Source: Hypanus sabinus (Eukaryota). From it: DNA of 64,000 nucleotides. Location of the stretch: positions 27,652,001-27,716,000 of the forward strand of contig NC_082731.1 of the NCBI RefSeq assembly GCF_030144855.1. Direction: 5' to 3'. The notes under the pieces were generated by a model. It made no database searches and was not told the origin of the DNA. It saw only the letters and a program-made list of their open reading frames with translations. A program made the translations under genes and the position numbers. This document shows positions 50,716 to 64,000 of this stretch, one piece after another; the first letter of the stretch is position 1, and each line of letters begins with the position of its first letter.

Positions 50716-53700
50716 TTGCCAGTCAGATCTGTCTCATTCCCTCTTTTTGTCCTCCTGTTTTCCCTCAAGCCTCATCTTAAACTTTTGATATTCCTTGAGG
50801 GATTCCGTTACATCCAGCTGCCTAAACACATTGTACACTTCCTTCCTTTTCTTTACCATAGTCTTGATATATTTCATCAGCCAGGTTTTCCTGAACTGGG
50901 TATGTCTACCATTTACACTAACAGTAACATGCTGCCCCATGGAGTCTTGATATCATCCTTTTAAAATCTCCCACTTGCCAACTATTTATTTATCTTGAAA
51001 TAGAGTCAGCCCTGGTGCAGTTAAGGACTTTACTATGTTAACCTATCTAATAGGAAAATGATAGACCCCATGGTTTTCTCTTTTTCCATTACTAATTTAA
51101 AACTACAATTCTAGAATTGTGGTCACTAGACTCCCCGAATTACACTTCAGTTACTTGGCCCAACTTTTTCAGTAGTACGGCTTCCAAATAGGTTCCTCTA
51201 TAACATGTATGAGGGAACTTCCTTGGACACCCCACACAAACTGAATCCATTCTAGCCCTTTGCAATCTGAGTGACCCAGGTAACACCAGGAAATGTGATC
51301 ACGGGGAAATCGGCAGATGCTGGAAATTCAAACAACAACACACACAAAATGCTGATGGAACACAGCAGGCCAGGCAGCATCTATAGGAGAAGCACTGTCC
51401 TGACGAAGGTTTTCGGCCCACAACGTCGACAGTGCTTCTCCTATAGATGCTGCCTTGCCTATTGTGTTCCACCAGCATTTTGTGTGTGTTGTTACTAGGA
51501 AATGTGATGTTTCCTTTTAGAACTTCTCTACTGTTTTCACAACTACGTGCAACTTCTCCACACATCTGCTCCTCTAGTTCCCACTGACTACTGGGGAGTC
51601 TGTAATTAGCCAGACCAAGGTGACCACCCTCTTATTTATAAGTTCTACCCAAATGCCCTTGCAGGATGACCCCTCAAGGATGTCCCTTCTAAGCACTGCT
51701 GTCATGTCTTCTCTTTTCAAAGGGCAACACCCTCTGCAGTCTTACCTGTCCCTCTGTCATTCAGTATCCCTGAACACTGAGCTGCCCTCCTCTCAGCCAC
51801 ATTTCTGTTATGGCCACAATATTCCAGTTACTAGAAGCAATCAACACTCCTCTCATTTCATCGATCTGACCTATTAAGATAAGTGTAGGTGTAACCCTCA
51901 GGCTCGGCCAGCATGTGTTCATCGAAGGGAAGACAGCTTCTGCCCCTGCCAAGCTAAGAAGTCTTGTTTGTGTGGATGTTGCATGATGTGTTGCCTGGTT
52001 ACAAATCCACACCGCAAAATATCAGACAGTACACTATATGCAATTAAATGATTGAACTTTATAAATCTTGATCTGAATACAGGGTGAGTAAAGAAAATAA
52101 AAACAAAAAAGGCCCATTTTAAGGAAGAAGTCAAAAGTGCATGTTGGAGCTCACTGAACCATTGACTTCCTCCGAGCGTCGCTGACCTTCGGACCCCCGC
52201 TCCCAGTCCACTGCATCCGGTGGTCTAACAGCTCTCTCCACGCGCATCTTCCTTCTTCCTCACTCACCGACAAGGACTGTGAAAATCCCTCTTCCAGACC
52301 CACCAGAAAGAACTACATTTCCCTCATTGGATAGCCCTGCATTCCAAACCCCATTATCTCCAGTCATAACCCAAACATTGCTGCTACAGAGAAGGCATTA
52401 CATGAGCAGTGAAACCTTACAGCGTGTTACATATGGAACTAGATTCGGGCAGCTGGGACTCATCAGCCTCAGATGGCAGCCCACCGAGGAGAGGGAAAAC
52501 ACTGATTTTAAACCTCCACTGCCTTGTGGCCATACCCACCCATGGGTAAGGCTTTGGGTGTAAATCCTGAGGAAGAAATCCAGAGGCAGGGTCCCTAAAG
52601 CAGTTTGATGTTTACAACTTCACTCTGGCAACCTCTGTGATAATACTGGTGCCAAGCTGTATCAGCATTTGCCCTTCCATAAGGCTATAAAATATAGGAG
52701 CTGAAGAAGGCCATTTGGCCCATTGAGTCTGCTCTACCATTCTATCATAGGCTGATCCAATTCTTCCAGTCATCCCCACTCCCCTGCCTTCACCCCACAT
52801 CCGTTCATGCCCTGGCTAATCAAGAACCTAATCTATCTCTGCCTTAATTACGACCCAATGACTGCCTCCACAGCTGCTTGTGGCAACAAATTCACCATGC
52901 TCTGACTAAAGTCATTTCTCTGCATCTCTGTTCTAAATGGACGTCCTTCAAACCTGAAGTCTTGCCCATTTGTCCAGGACTCCCCTACCATGGGAAATAA
53001 CTGTTGTATCTAATCTGTTCAGAACTTTTAACATTTGGAATGTTTCTGTGAGATTCCCCCTCATTCTCCTGAAGTCCAGGGAATACAGCCCAAGAGCTGC
53101 CAGACATTCCTTATACAGTAACCCTTTTATTCCTGGAATTATTCTCATGAATCTTCTCTGAACCCTCTCCAATGTCAGTATAGCCCAAAACTGCACACAG
53201 TACTCCGTGTGGTCTCATGAGTGCCTTATAGCGCCTCAACATTACATCTCTGCTCTTATATTCCCTTGGACTACATCAGGGATTTGAAGAGGGGGATCTG
53301 CTACATGGGCAACAGCTAGTTCTTCAAATCTTCCCACCCAGGCTTCACCCTTGAGGACACAGTCCACCAGAGGTGTCAATCCATGATCCCCTGGGATTGA
53401 CGGCTACCTACTATGGAACTAGATATAATCTGTATCAGGGGTCTTATCTGCCACTTCATGGTAAACATGCCTATCCTGATTGCTGGGCGAACATGCTTTG
53501 GTTGCTGAATGTACCCCTGTCTTATCACTGACTTCCCTGTCTTATGTCACACACACCTGTCAATCTAGTTTAAACCCTTACTTGTTGTCACCATGTACTA
53601 ACCCGAGATTCATTTTCTTGAGGCATTCAGAGTAAATACAAAGAGAGACAATCATATCAATGAAAAACCACACACATGCCAGACAAGCAACCAATGAACA

Positions 53701-54950
53701 AAATACAGCAAATTACAAATACTAAATGAAAAAAGAAAGTAACAAAATAATAACAATAAATAAATAAGCAAAAAATATCAAGAACTTGAGATGAAGAGTC
53801 CTTGAAACTGAGAGCATAGGTTGTAGGAACAGTTCAGTCTTGAGGTGAGTGAAGTTATCTCATCTGGTTCAGGAGCCTGATGGGTGAGGGGTAATAAATG
53901 TTCCTGAACCTGGTGTTGTGGGTCCTGAGTATCCTGTACCTCCTTTCAAAGAAGAGACCTTGGCTGGTATGGAGCAGGTCCTTGATGTTGGAGCTACTTT
54001 CCTGAGACTGCACTCCTTGTAGATGCGCTCAATGGTGGGGAGGGCTTTACGCACGATTGACCTGATTGTTTCTACTACTCTTTGCAGGCATTTATGTTCA
54101 AGGGTATAGGTGTTCCCAAACTATGATGCAACCAGTCAGTATTGTGTCCACAGCACAGCTATAGAAGTCTGACAATGTTTCAAATGACATTGAATTTTCA
54201 CAGACTTCTAAGATACTTCTCAGTCTGTTGAGTATCCTGTCCTGATGCCCAGTGTGCCTATATGCTCACCCTCTGAGCCCAAGAGCCAGAGACCTGACCA
54301 TTTCTGCGAGCCCTTGAAAGAACATCTCCCTCGACAGTATCCAAAGACATGTACCTATTAGTGAGGGGAATGGCCAAAGGGGACCTTTGTACTGATTGCC
54401 TTCTCCCCTTCCTTCCTCATCTATCTGAAGTGTGTACTTTTGGAGTGTCCACATTAGTAACAGTCTCAACTCTGAAAGCCCAGCTTCTCTGATGATACTG
54501 AGTACCTGCAGGTCCAGCCCCAGTTCCTTGACCCAGTATGCAAGGGTGAACTGCCCGCAAATGTAGACCATGAGGTTCCCTGAATTCCCATGTCTTTTAG
54601 GAGGAGAATTCCACTATCCTGCATTGACTGAATCTAGGACTGCGGATGAACAACAAAATAAAACCTTACCTGTGCCTTCTGAGTGAAGCCTCTTTAGAAA
54701 CCTATTATCCTTCCCCAAATCTGAGCCACTTACTCCACAATTCATCCCAAAAGCTCTTGAGGCAAAGCCTCTGCTCTACTCCAGTCCACTGACCCACAAT
54801 GGCCACTCTGCTTGACCCAAACTTCTTTTATTGGCTGCTGTTAATTAGCTCATAACAAATCAACTATTAACTCACAAATTGGTAACGTTGCACTTTTGGA
54901 GCCTGTTAAATGAAACTCACCAGCAAGTCCCGGGACCAACCTCCTTTGGA
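50716..54950. mobile_element. Mosaic of CR1 and Rex-Babar LINE fragments
   Basis: CR1 EN/RT motifs (WNIVAITEMWL, LERVQRRFMRIIPG) and a Rex 3' fragment at about 53600-54200 (ALPTIERIYKECSLRK). Confidence 0.75.
51334..51493. repeat. Palindrome of two Penelope pLTR arms (about 66 bp each) with a hammerhead core in the loop
   Basis: Left arm 51334-51399 ...gcagcatctataggagaagcactgtc; loop CTGACGA-aggttttcggccc-ACAA-CGTC; right arm 51428-51493 gacagtgcttctcctatagatgctgc... Confidence 0.9.
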
Positions 54951-55789
54951 CTCTCAGGCTTCCTGCTTCTGGTAAGTGAAAATCATCCAATTCCTTTCTG
55001 CAATTTGATCATGAATGATAACTGAATGCTCCTCTGTGATCTGTACACTCAGGGAGACCAGGTTTGCATGAATGCTACAGCTGAATTGTAGGACAGACTC
55101 ATTGAGCTTGTGGAAGAGAAAGAAGATTGTATGCCTTGTTTTCCTGGAACCGTAAAGAATGTAAGAGAGAAATACAGAAAACAATCAGACATTATCACAT
55201 TTTCTGTATTGAATAACAGAAATGCAAAAGAAAAGAAGTAGAATTATATGTCAAAACAGTGAGAGAGATGTTAGGATTGGGGAGGGACAGTTGATTCATT
55301 TCCCTGGTGTCACCTTTCCACCAAGAGTCAAAACCTCCCCCAGTACCACTCTCCAGAGTCCTTCCTGCACTACACCCACTATCTGCTGCCCACCCATACT
55401 TCACCCACCATCCAGTCCTAATGTGCACACTACACAGACATTGACACAATCACCATCACGAGTTTCACTCTCATCAATGTGATCAATGTCCTATCCTTTA
55501 TTCCAGCAGATCACTGCCCTATCTACACATCAGAGTGTTAAAAGCCAGTCAATCAGAGCCCAGTTCCTGTGGCAGTGACACACACAGAAGACAGACAAAA
55601 CAAATATAATGTCAATTCCACCATTAAACAGATTCAATCCTTCCATTCTACTTGCTGAAAATATTCCATTACATTGTTTTTCTGGGTTCACTGTACTTGA
55701 TCTGATGGCACCTTCATATCATTGTTTACAAGATAACCTTTTCTCTAAAACATGGTTTCTCCTCCACCATAGTTAGCCAAATGTTCAAC

Positions 55790-56720
55790 CATGTCTTTTC
55801 CACTTACAGCACTCCAGCTCTCTCTCCATTATCACCTACCACTCACCAGCAGGTCCACAAGTTCCCACAATTCATTAATCATTTTCTGTCATTTCCGCAA
55901 CCTCCCAGGTCACATCACAGACAGACAAATCTTCCCTTCCCTTCAATCTAGCAATCAATTGAGATTATTTCCTCCACAGCTCCTCAATTCACTGTTCTGC
56001 ACTGATCAGCTGTTACTGTGTAATATTTACTGTCCTTCTCACAAATGTAGGAGATCAAACAACTGCCATCTCAACTCCCAGAGATGCAAAGGCTCCTTTT
56101 AGCTGAGACAGTGCTTCATTTGCACACTTCTGAATTACTGTATTTCATTCCCTGCTCAGGGTGTGGCCTCCACTTCACTGGGGAAACCACAAACCCAATG
56201 ACTATATTCAAGAATTCTTCATTCAGACAGATTCCCCTTTAGTATGACATAAATTCAACACCCCACTCTGATCATCCTCACTTTGACAGCTCAAGGTGAA
56301 GCTTGAGGAAGGGCATTATATCTCAAATTTAGACAGATTACAGACCCTGGGTCTGAGAGACATCAAGACAGTCACAGATAACCAACCATTCCAGTTTGTG
56401 ACAGAGCCGTCCAGGTCCAATGAAGAATATTCATCAACCTATAATGTAAACCCATTTTCTCTATCTCCACAGGTGCTGCTCAACCTAACCTTTTCACTCC
56501 TATCACCCTTTTCCATGCCTGGCCATGCACTGGCCATCAGCTGTTTCAGACACCACCACTCCCATCATGTGCACTCTGACCTGCCCTTCCAGATCAGATC
56601 GCTCAGAAACACTCTGTGCCTGAACCATATTTATCCACCCACAAATACTGCTCAAGCAACTGAGTTTATCCAGTAGACTGCTTGTCGTCCCAGGTTCCAG
56701 CATCTGCAGTCTCCCGTGTC
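55790..56720 (+). mobile_element. Old, highly degenerate Penelope fragment
   Basis: tgtcatttccgcaacctcc...atcttcccttcc, cagggtgtggcctccacttcactggggaaacc and a ttccagcatctgcag end resemble the younger copies. Confidence 0.5.
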
Positions 56721-57499
56721 TCCTGCTCACCCATTATGTTGATTCCTCGATTCCTGTTCATGTTCACTGGAGTCTGTGTTGGAGTGAACAGTTAGTTTTT
56801 GATGGACTGTAATCCATGATCTTTCTTTAGGGGCATAGCTTTTGTTTGCATGGTGGGTGGTGGGAATGATGATGCTTTATGCTGGAGTCAGTGGGGAGGA
56901 GGACGGGAGGGTTGATGCTGCTTGTGCGTGGAGGGGACATGGAGCTTTGGGGTTCTTATTTTTTTCTGTCATTCATTCTTCGGGGGTTTCTTCTGTTTCG
57001 AGGATGTCTGCATAGAGTAAGAATTTCAGGTTATGTGTTGTATATTTTGTGGTCAGGGGAAAAATACACATGCAGGACAACAAATAGTTATCTGGGTCTT
57101 AAAATCCTTTATCTGTTTTAGGTATATTATTGCAGAAAGGGGGTATAAAAATAAAAACAAGAAAATAAATTGAAACAATTCCTGCTATTACAATCTCAGT
57201 TTAACTTCAAACCACACCCTTGTGAGGTATGAAGTATGAAAATAACTAACAAAATATACAAAACAATACAGTAGTGGGAAATCTTTAAAAAAAAAACAAT
57301 TAAGTGTTAGAATCCCACCAAACCTGTGCCTTATACACAACATCAAAAATATGAATAAATACTATCTCATCTCAACTAAGATATACTTACATTTGGAACA
57401 CACGTGCTTAACTTCAATAAGTATATAGGCTAGACCTTGAAATGAGTTCCCCTCACTCACAGTACGTGAACGGAGATTAACACATTCACATTCGGTCAT

Positions 57500-57881
57500 T
57501 AAACTGTTGCAAGGACATGGTGGTGGAACAAACCGAAGTGCTGAACATGGGCGGGGAGGCAGAGGAGGGAGACGCTGTCATCGTTGCGAGCGTGGGAAGA
57601 GTTTCATGGGGGATTTTACCCGGAGTCTTGTCCTGGTAGATAATTCCAGAACAAGGCTAGACTTAGAACTAATAGTCCTAAACACCATGAAGTGAGGTTA
57701 CTCATACACGACTCAACCAACGAACTGGCATATTCTAGTAGTGGTCACAGGATTCTTATATACTCTGATGGAATGCAGGTGTTCGTAATTATTGGAACCT
57801 GGGAATAGATTGCGAAGTAAACGAGGTGTTAAAGGCCCAATTCCTGAGTAAAACAGCCAGATGCCAGAAGGGACCATGACA
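57500..57881 (-). mobile_element. Partial LTR, same family as the LTR at 63007-63515, opposite orientation
   Basis: Reverse complement aligns with about 63007-63365; begins TGTCAT at 57881. Confidence 0.85.
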
Positions 57882-58199
57882 GAAACAAAGGAAGACAAAT
57901 AAATTTTTACTATATATTTCCTTGTTATTAAATTACTGAAGGAAAAGTAACCTGGTAGGCCAATTAAGGAAACTCAGAATCACATTATCCAGCACTGATC
58001 AGTTTACTCACAAAAAAATTTTCTCATCAAACCTGGGAAAAGCATTCACATGTCGTCCTTTCTACAACATGGCAACTCTTCGTTCTACTCCACCCATGCA
58101 CAATGACATCACCGTTTTTGCTTAAAGGCACAGGTAGCTATTTTAGCATTACCAAGGTGGAAATAAGCGCATTTCAACAGTAAAAAAATGGATATTCAA

Positions 58200-59887
58200 C
58201 AGTCAGCTGATTACATTCTCCCCTGCATACCAGTAAGCATCCTTGATCACTCATTCTCTGCAAAAGTACCTTTAACTTCTTTAACTGCTTCTCTGAATAG
58301 GACTGAACTTAGACTGGCCGGTACAGTATCTGTCACACTGCTGCAGGACTTATGCAGGCCACATCTAGAACTGGCCTTGGTTCATGATGTGAGTTAGGGT
58401 GCAGTCCAGCATTTACTCTTTTACTCCTGCAGGGTGCTGCAGCAGGAAGAATACCAGCATCTGACCCTGGATCCGCTGTCACAGGTGCAATGGTCTCAGT
58501 TCCAGAAGTTTTACTGTCAAGACTAGGGTCGAGATTAGGTACACCCTGTTCTGACACATCTTCTCCCAAAATCATTCCTTTCTCTGGAATCCTCAGAGCC
58601 TGATTCATACCTCAGGGGAGGGCTAGCCTGAATTATATGACTTTGCAGTCTCCTTTGAGGAACTGGGGTGGGAACGTTCTCACAGGGCCTTCCCCCCAAA
58701 AGATTTCACAGTGCAAGTGTTGTCTAGCACCTCTTCCACCCTGGAGAGTTGATTTACAAGCATCCTGGATATTACTACAGACTAATTGAATTGAATTGAA
58801 TGATCTTTATTGTCGTTATACATAGGTACAATGAAATTCTTTTTGGCTTCCTCTCAGGCAATCAAACAAAGCGGTAGATAAAAGCACGACAGTAATAGAA
58901 AAACAGTATTAAATAGATAAGTAGCGGAAAATAAGTTGCGGCAGCATCAGAGTATCACAGTAATGCACAAAGTGCCTTTAGTGCAAGTATTTGAGTCCTT
59001 GTGTGTGCATGTGTGTGCTCACAGTTTCAGTCATTGTTCTGTGGGAGTGGTGTGATGGAGGCCACAGCTCTGGGGTAGAAGCTGTTCTTCAGTCTATTTG
59101 TTCTGGATTTTATAGTCCTGAACCTTTTGCTGGATGGCAGCAGGTCAGACAGTGAGTGGCCAGGGTGTGTGGTGTCTCTGGTTATGCTGATTGCTTTCCC
59201 CCTGAGTCTGCTGGAATAGATGGTGTCCAGTCTTGGGAGCTCCATCTGGACAATTCCCTGGACCTCCTTCACCACGTGATGCAGGTCTTGTCGCTCAGTG
59301 GCTGTGCAGCTAGCTTACCGCAATGTGGCGCTGTTGATCAGGATGGTTTCAATTGTGCTTCTGCAGAAGTTAAGCACCAGCTTTTGCGGGAATTTGGTCT
59401 CTTTCAGCTTTCTAAGGTTGAAGAGTCTTTGTTGTGCGTTTTTGTAAGCAGTGAGATGTTGGTGGTCCATGTCAGCTGTTTTGGCAACGTAACTCCAAGG
59501 AACTTTAGGTTTCCACACTTTCCACTACCTCTCCATGTATATGGAGTGGGGTGTGTAAACTATCCTTTAATCTCCTGAAGTCAATGATCATTGCCCTGGA
59601 AGTAAACTAGTGTATTTACGTCAAGCTGGGGCAATGAATTTTATCCTCTGGAAAGGCACTGCGTTCTGCAGCCTTCTGTTTGGAGTATTCTTTTGGTCTG
59701 GCATGAGCATCACTCAGGTGTTTCTGGTGTATGGCTAACCAGTCGTATTTCCTGTCTACAGACTGTTCTTGCCCCAGAAGAGCATCCGCTGGCAAGTGGG
59801 GATCAACACCAAACCGTAGATAACAAGGGGAATATCCAGTGGTGGCATGAGGCGTCACATTATATACATACACTAACATGGGAGATT
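58200..59887 (-). mobile_element. Second Gypsy element (integrase C-terminus and 3' region) interrupted by a Rex-type LINE at about 58778-59590
   Basis: [31 protein letters not shown]; RSKRVNAGLHPNSHHEP. The inserted LINE reads AQQRLFNLRKLK and has an (ATTCA)n tail. Confidence 0.7.
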
Positions 59888-62800
59888 TTACCTTAACGAT
59901 ATCCTGATATTTTCTATCAGCCCCCACGAACACGTACACCATGTCCGTCAAGTCCTCCAGAGACCGTGGGGAAACCAGTTATTTGCAAAGGCGGAAAAAT
60001 GCGAGTTCCACGTCCCCTCGCTCAGCTTCCTAGGCGATATCATCGAAAGCGGGCAGGTAAAAGCCGACCCCGAGAAGATCCGGGCCGTGGAGGAGTGGTC
60101 TAGACCCACGACACGCAAACAACTTCAACGATTCCTGCGGTTTGCAAACTTCTACCGCAGATTCATCGAAGACTACAGTCGAGTGGCGGCCCCCTCGTAC
60201 CCGGCTTATCACGCCTACCGCACCGTTTTGCAGGGACTCCGAAGCGGACTCACCAGTCACCGACCTGAAGAGGCGTTTCACCACCGCCCCCATCCTGGTT
60301 CATCCGGACCCATCCCGTCAATTCATCGTGGAGGTGGACGCCTCCGACTCCGGGGTAGGAGCGGTCCTATCCCAACGGGCAAGTTCGGATGAAAAGCTTC
60401 ACCCTGCGCCATCTGCTCTCTCCGACTGTCCCCCGCCCAGCGGAATTACGACTTGGGGAATCGGGAACTACCGGCGGTCAGACTAGCGCTGGAAGAATGG
60501 AGGCACTGGTTGGATGGGGCAGAACACCCGTTTGTGGTGTGGATTGATCATAAGAACCTGGGGTATATTCAGACCGCCAAGCGATTGACCTCCCGTCAGG
60601 CCCGTTGAACATTGTTTTTTAGACGGTTCAAGTTTACCCTCACATACGGTCCAGGATCCAAGAACGGGAAGCCGGACGCGCTATCCCGCCAGCATGTCTC
60701 CAAGGAGGACACCTCCAGTCCCGAGACTATCCTCCCTCCAACCTGCGTGGTGGCCACCCTCTCTTGGGAGATCGAGGCGAAAGTAAGAGAAGCCCAGCGG
60801 GACGACCCCGATGCTGGAAGTGGACCCGGCGATCGCCTGTAGGTGCCCGCATCCGTCAGGCCTCAGGTCCTCCAAAGGGGGCAAACATCCCGGTTTGCCT
60901 GCCACCCCGGCAGTGATCGGACCCTGGCTCTCCTCAGCAGGTACTTCTGGTGGCCGTCCTTGGAGGCGGACACCCGCTCCCATGTCTCGGCCTGTCCCAT
61001 CTGTGCCCAGGGAAAGGTCACTCATCGACCACCGGTGGGTCTACTTCGTCCTCTACCTGTTCCTGGTCACACATCGCCTAGACTTTGTCACCGGTCTACC
61101 CCCTTCCAGCGGAAACACAACTAGGACAGTGTAGACCAATTCTCCAAACCGGTGCGCTTTCTGGCCCTCCCTAAACTCCCATCCTCTCAAGAAACCAGAG
61201 ATCCAACACATTATCCTCTGCAACTTCCGCCACCTTCAACAGGATACCACCACCCAGCACATCTTTCCCTCCCTACCCCTCTCAGCTTTTCGCAGGGATC
61301 ATTCCCTCCGCGACTACCTGGACAACACGTCCCTCCCCACAGAACTCCCACCTGGCACTTATCCCTGCAAGCGCAAATGCTACACCTGTCCCCACACCTC
61401 CCCCCCCCCCCTTACCACCATTCTGGGCCCCAGACAGTCCTTCCAGGTGAGGTAACACTTCACCTGTGAGTCTGTTGGGGTCATCTATTGCATCCGGTGT
61501 TCCCGGTGTGGCCTCCTCTATATCGGCGAGACCCGACGCAGGAGCATCTCCGCTTCGTCCGTCACAACAGACAGGACCTCCCGGTTGCCACCCGCTTCAA
61601 CTCTGCCTCTCATTCCCATCGAGATATGTCCATACATGGCCTCCTCTACTGCCATGATGAGGCCAAACTCAGGTTGGAGGAGCAACACCTCATCTACCGT
61701 CTGGGTAGCCTCCAGCCTGGTGGTATAAACATCGAATTCTCCAATTTCCGGTAATTCCCTCTCCCTCTCCCTATCCCAGGTCCCTCTCTGCCCCTCTCAA
61801 CTTTCTGCTCCTTTACCTCTACAGTTCTTTCATGTTTATCCCCTCCCCCCCTTTATCTTTCCTCTGATTGGTTTTCCACCTGGCGCCTCTAACCCTACCC
61901 TCTCCCCTATCTCTATAACTGGGCTTCGGCCCTCTCTTCCCCCATTCGTGATAAAGGGTCTCGGCCCGAAACTTTGGCTACTCTTTTCTCACGGATGCTG
62001 CCTGACCTGTTGAGTTCTTCCAGCGTTGTGTACGTAAACCGCAGATCTTCTCGTCCGCCACGTCTTCCGCCTCCACGGCAACCCCGTGGACATCGTCTCC
62101 GATCGAGGTCCACAGTTCATCTCGCCGGTACGGAAGGCCTTCTATCAAGCCTTAAGTGCATCGGTCAGCCTGTCATCCTGCATCCACCCCCAGACGAACG
62201 GGTAGACCGAACGGGTCAACCAAGACATGGAGGCGACGCTACGTTGTGTTATGGCAAACAACCCGTCGATCTGGAGCGACCAACTCCCGTGGGTTGAGTC
62301 CGCCCACAACTCCCTGGTGAGCTCTGCCATTGGGAGGTCTCCGTTCGAGTGCCCACTTGGGTACCAACCCCTGCTGTTCCCCGCGCAGGAAGAAGAGATC
62401 GCGGTACCGTCAGTTCGGGACCATGTTGATCGGTGCCGGAAGATTTGCGAGGAGACTCGCACGGCCCTACTCAGATCAACAAACCGAAATAAGAAAACCG
62501 CCGAACGACTCCGGACTCCAGCACCAGAGTACCAACCGGGGCAGATGGTGTGACTTTCCTCCAAGGACATCCCGCTCAAATGCGAACATAGGGAAACTCC
62601 CCCCCCCCCGCCCCCGCTTCCTGTGAACATTCAAGGTCAAAAGGATTATCAACCCCACAGCGGCCCGCCTCACGCTGCCACACTCCATGCATGTTCACCC
62701 AACCTTGTATGTGTCTCAGTTAAAACCAGTCTCTGTCAGCCCTTTGTGTTCCCTATCTGAGACTCCCTCCCCCCGCCCGGCTCATCAACAACCATCCGGC

Positions 62801-63515
62801 ATACACCGTCCGACGACTACTAGATGTGCGATGTCAGGGGCAGGGGCCTCCAATACCTGGTGGACTGGGTAGGGTACGGTCCTGACGAGCGTTCCTGGGT
62901 CCCCTGCTCCTTTATCCTCGACCCTTCCCTCATCCAGGACCTCCACCGGGACCATCCAGACAGGCCTGGAAGTTTGCCGGGAGGCTCCCATTGAGGGGGA
63001 GGGTACTGTCATCATCCCTTCCGGCACCTGGCTGTTTTACTCAGGAATTGGGCCTTTAACACGTTTAGTTCCCAATCTATTCCCAGCTTCCAATAACAAC
63101 GAACACCTGCATTCCATCAACCAGAGTATATAAGAATCCTGTGAGCACCACTAGAAGGTGCCAGTTCGTTGGTCGACTCGTGTACGAGCAACCACTCTCC
63201 ATGGTGTTTAGGACTATCAGTTCTAAGTCTAGCCTTGTTCCTGAATTATCTACCAGGACTCCGGGTAAAACCCCCCTTGGAACCCTTCCCACGCTCGCTA
63301 CGACGGCAGCGTCTCCCTCCTCGGCCTCTCCGCCCGTGGGTTTGTTCCACCGCCACGTCCGTGCAACACATTCGACCATCCACCACCTGCTCCCAGGACT
63401 TCCCGTGATCCTGACCGTGGGGCGCGGAAGGGGTCGGGGTCGTGCAAAGTATGTGGAAAGGAGCCCTTACACCTCCTTTGGTACAGACGTATCTCCACCC
63501 CGCCACCCCTTAACA
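59888..63515 (+). mobile_element. 5'-truncated chromodomain-bearing Ty3/Gypsy retrotransposon (RT-RH-IN-chromo, PPT, 3' LTR)
   Basis: YLNDILIFS (YLDD mutated), [67 protein letters not shown], chromodomain [19 protein letters not shown]; PPT gagggggagggtac; LTR TGTCAT...TTAACA at 63007-63515. Confidence 0.93.
61197..62035 (+). mobile_element. Penelope 3' fragment inserted into the Gypsy integrase, TSD AAACC
   Basis: AAACC at 61192-61196 and 62036-62040; the Gypsy frame LPSSQET|[13 protein letters not shown] resumes after it; degenerate hammerhead at about 61946-61980. Confidence 0.88.
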
Positions 63516-64000
63516 ATATTTTGTAAAGTTATGTTGTGTTTTATTTCATGATAACTTTAAAATCAACTATCCTGTCCCTCGACACCTCTCCAGTACATGC
63601 TAAACTGTTTCTTGCTGACTACTATATTCACACCTATTTTTTGTTTCTATTTAAACCTGCATGCCCAGATCTCAATCGCGATTTTATCATCTCCTCTTTG
63701 CTCTCTCCTGCATCCCACTTCTTTCTGGATATCATAAGACGCTCACTGCAGCGGCGAGAACATCACGGCAGACCCTAACAACAGCTCTCATTGAAAACGA
63801 AGGAAATAATCAGATATTCTCGCTTTAGTCTGCTACCGCTGAGAACCACAACAAGATCTATGATGTGTACGGCCAATGATGAAGATCTAATGCGATTGAA
63901 CGATCGACCACTACTTAAAACCGATGTAAATATACCGGATTGTAGCCGGAACACTGTCTCTGTAAGAAGCTGACCGGTAAAGCAGGGTCCATGTGCTGGT

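Noticed and set aside
55290-55345. Minus-strand GFDSWWKGDT resembling a JH segment
   Set aside because: Not WGxG, and lacks VTV, a splice donor and an RSS.
1-64000. Most short ORFs in the supplied track; prokaryote-type systems (CRISPR, operons); IgW transmembrane exons
   Set aside because: The ORFs are transposon fragments or their antisense frames. No repeat-spacer arrays were seen. No TM exon was found; it would lie beyond position 1.

Overview
Eukaryotic, repeat-dense genomic DNA from a cartilaginous fish. Shark/ray is inferred from the IgW exons and the V-SINE, CR1, Rex-Babar and Penelope repeats; the species cannot be determined. The only recognisable host gene is a minus-strand IgW heavy-chain constant region at 3.2-10.7 kb. 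It has five C1-set exons (CH2-CH6), the long-form secretory tailpiece and a decayed short-form tail after CH2. It looks like a pseudogene: +1 frameshift in CH4, W-to-stop in CH5 and -1 frameshift in CH6. I found no CH1, J, D or V segment in the 53 kb upstream; a truncated second CH5 copy lies where CH1 would be expected. The rest is mostly transposon debris: a long L1, a near-complete hAT element, an internally deleted class I endogenous retrovirus, three solo LTRs, a chromodomain Gypsy element, Penelope fragments with minimal hammerhead motifs and many CR1/Rex fragments. There is also a 1.5 kb segmental duplication and paired, unidentified exon-like segments. I found no clearly new biological system. 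All identifications come from reading the sequence, without database searches, and repeat boundaries are approximate unless a TSD or terminal motif is given.
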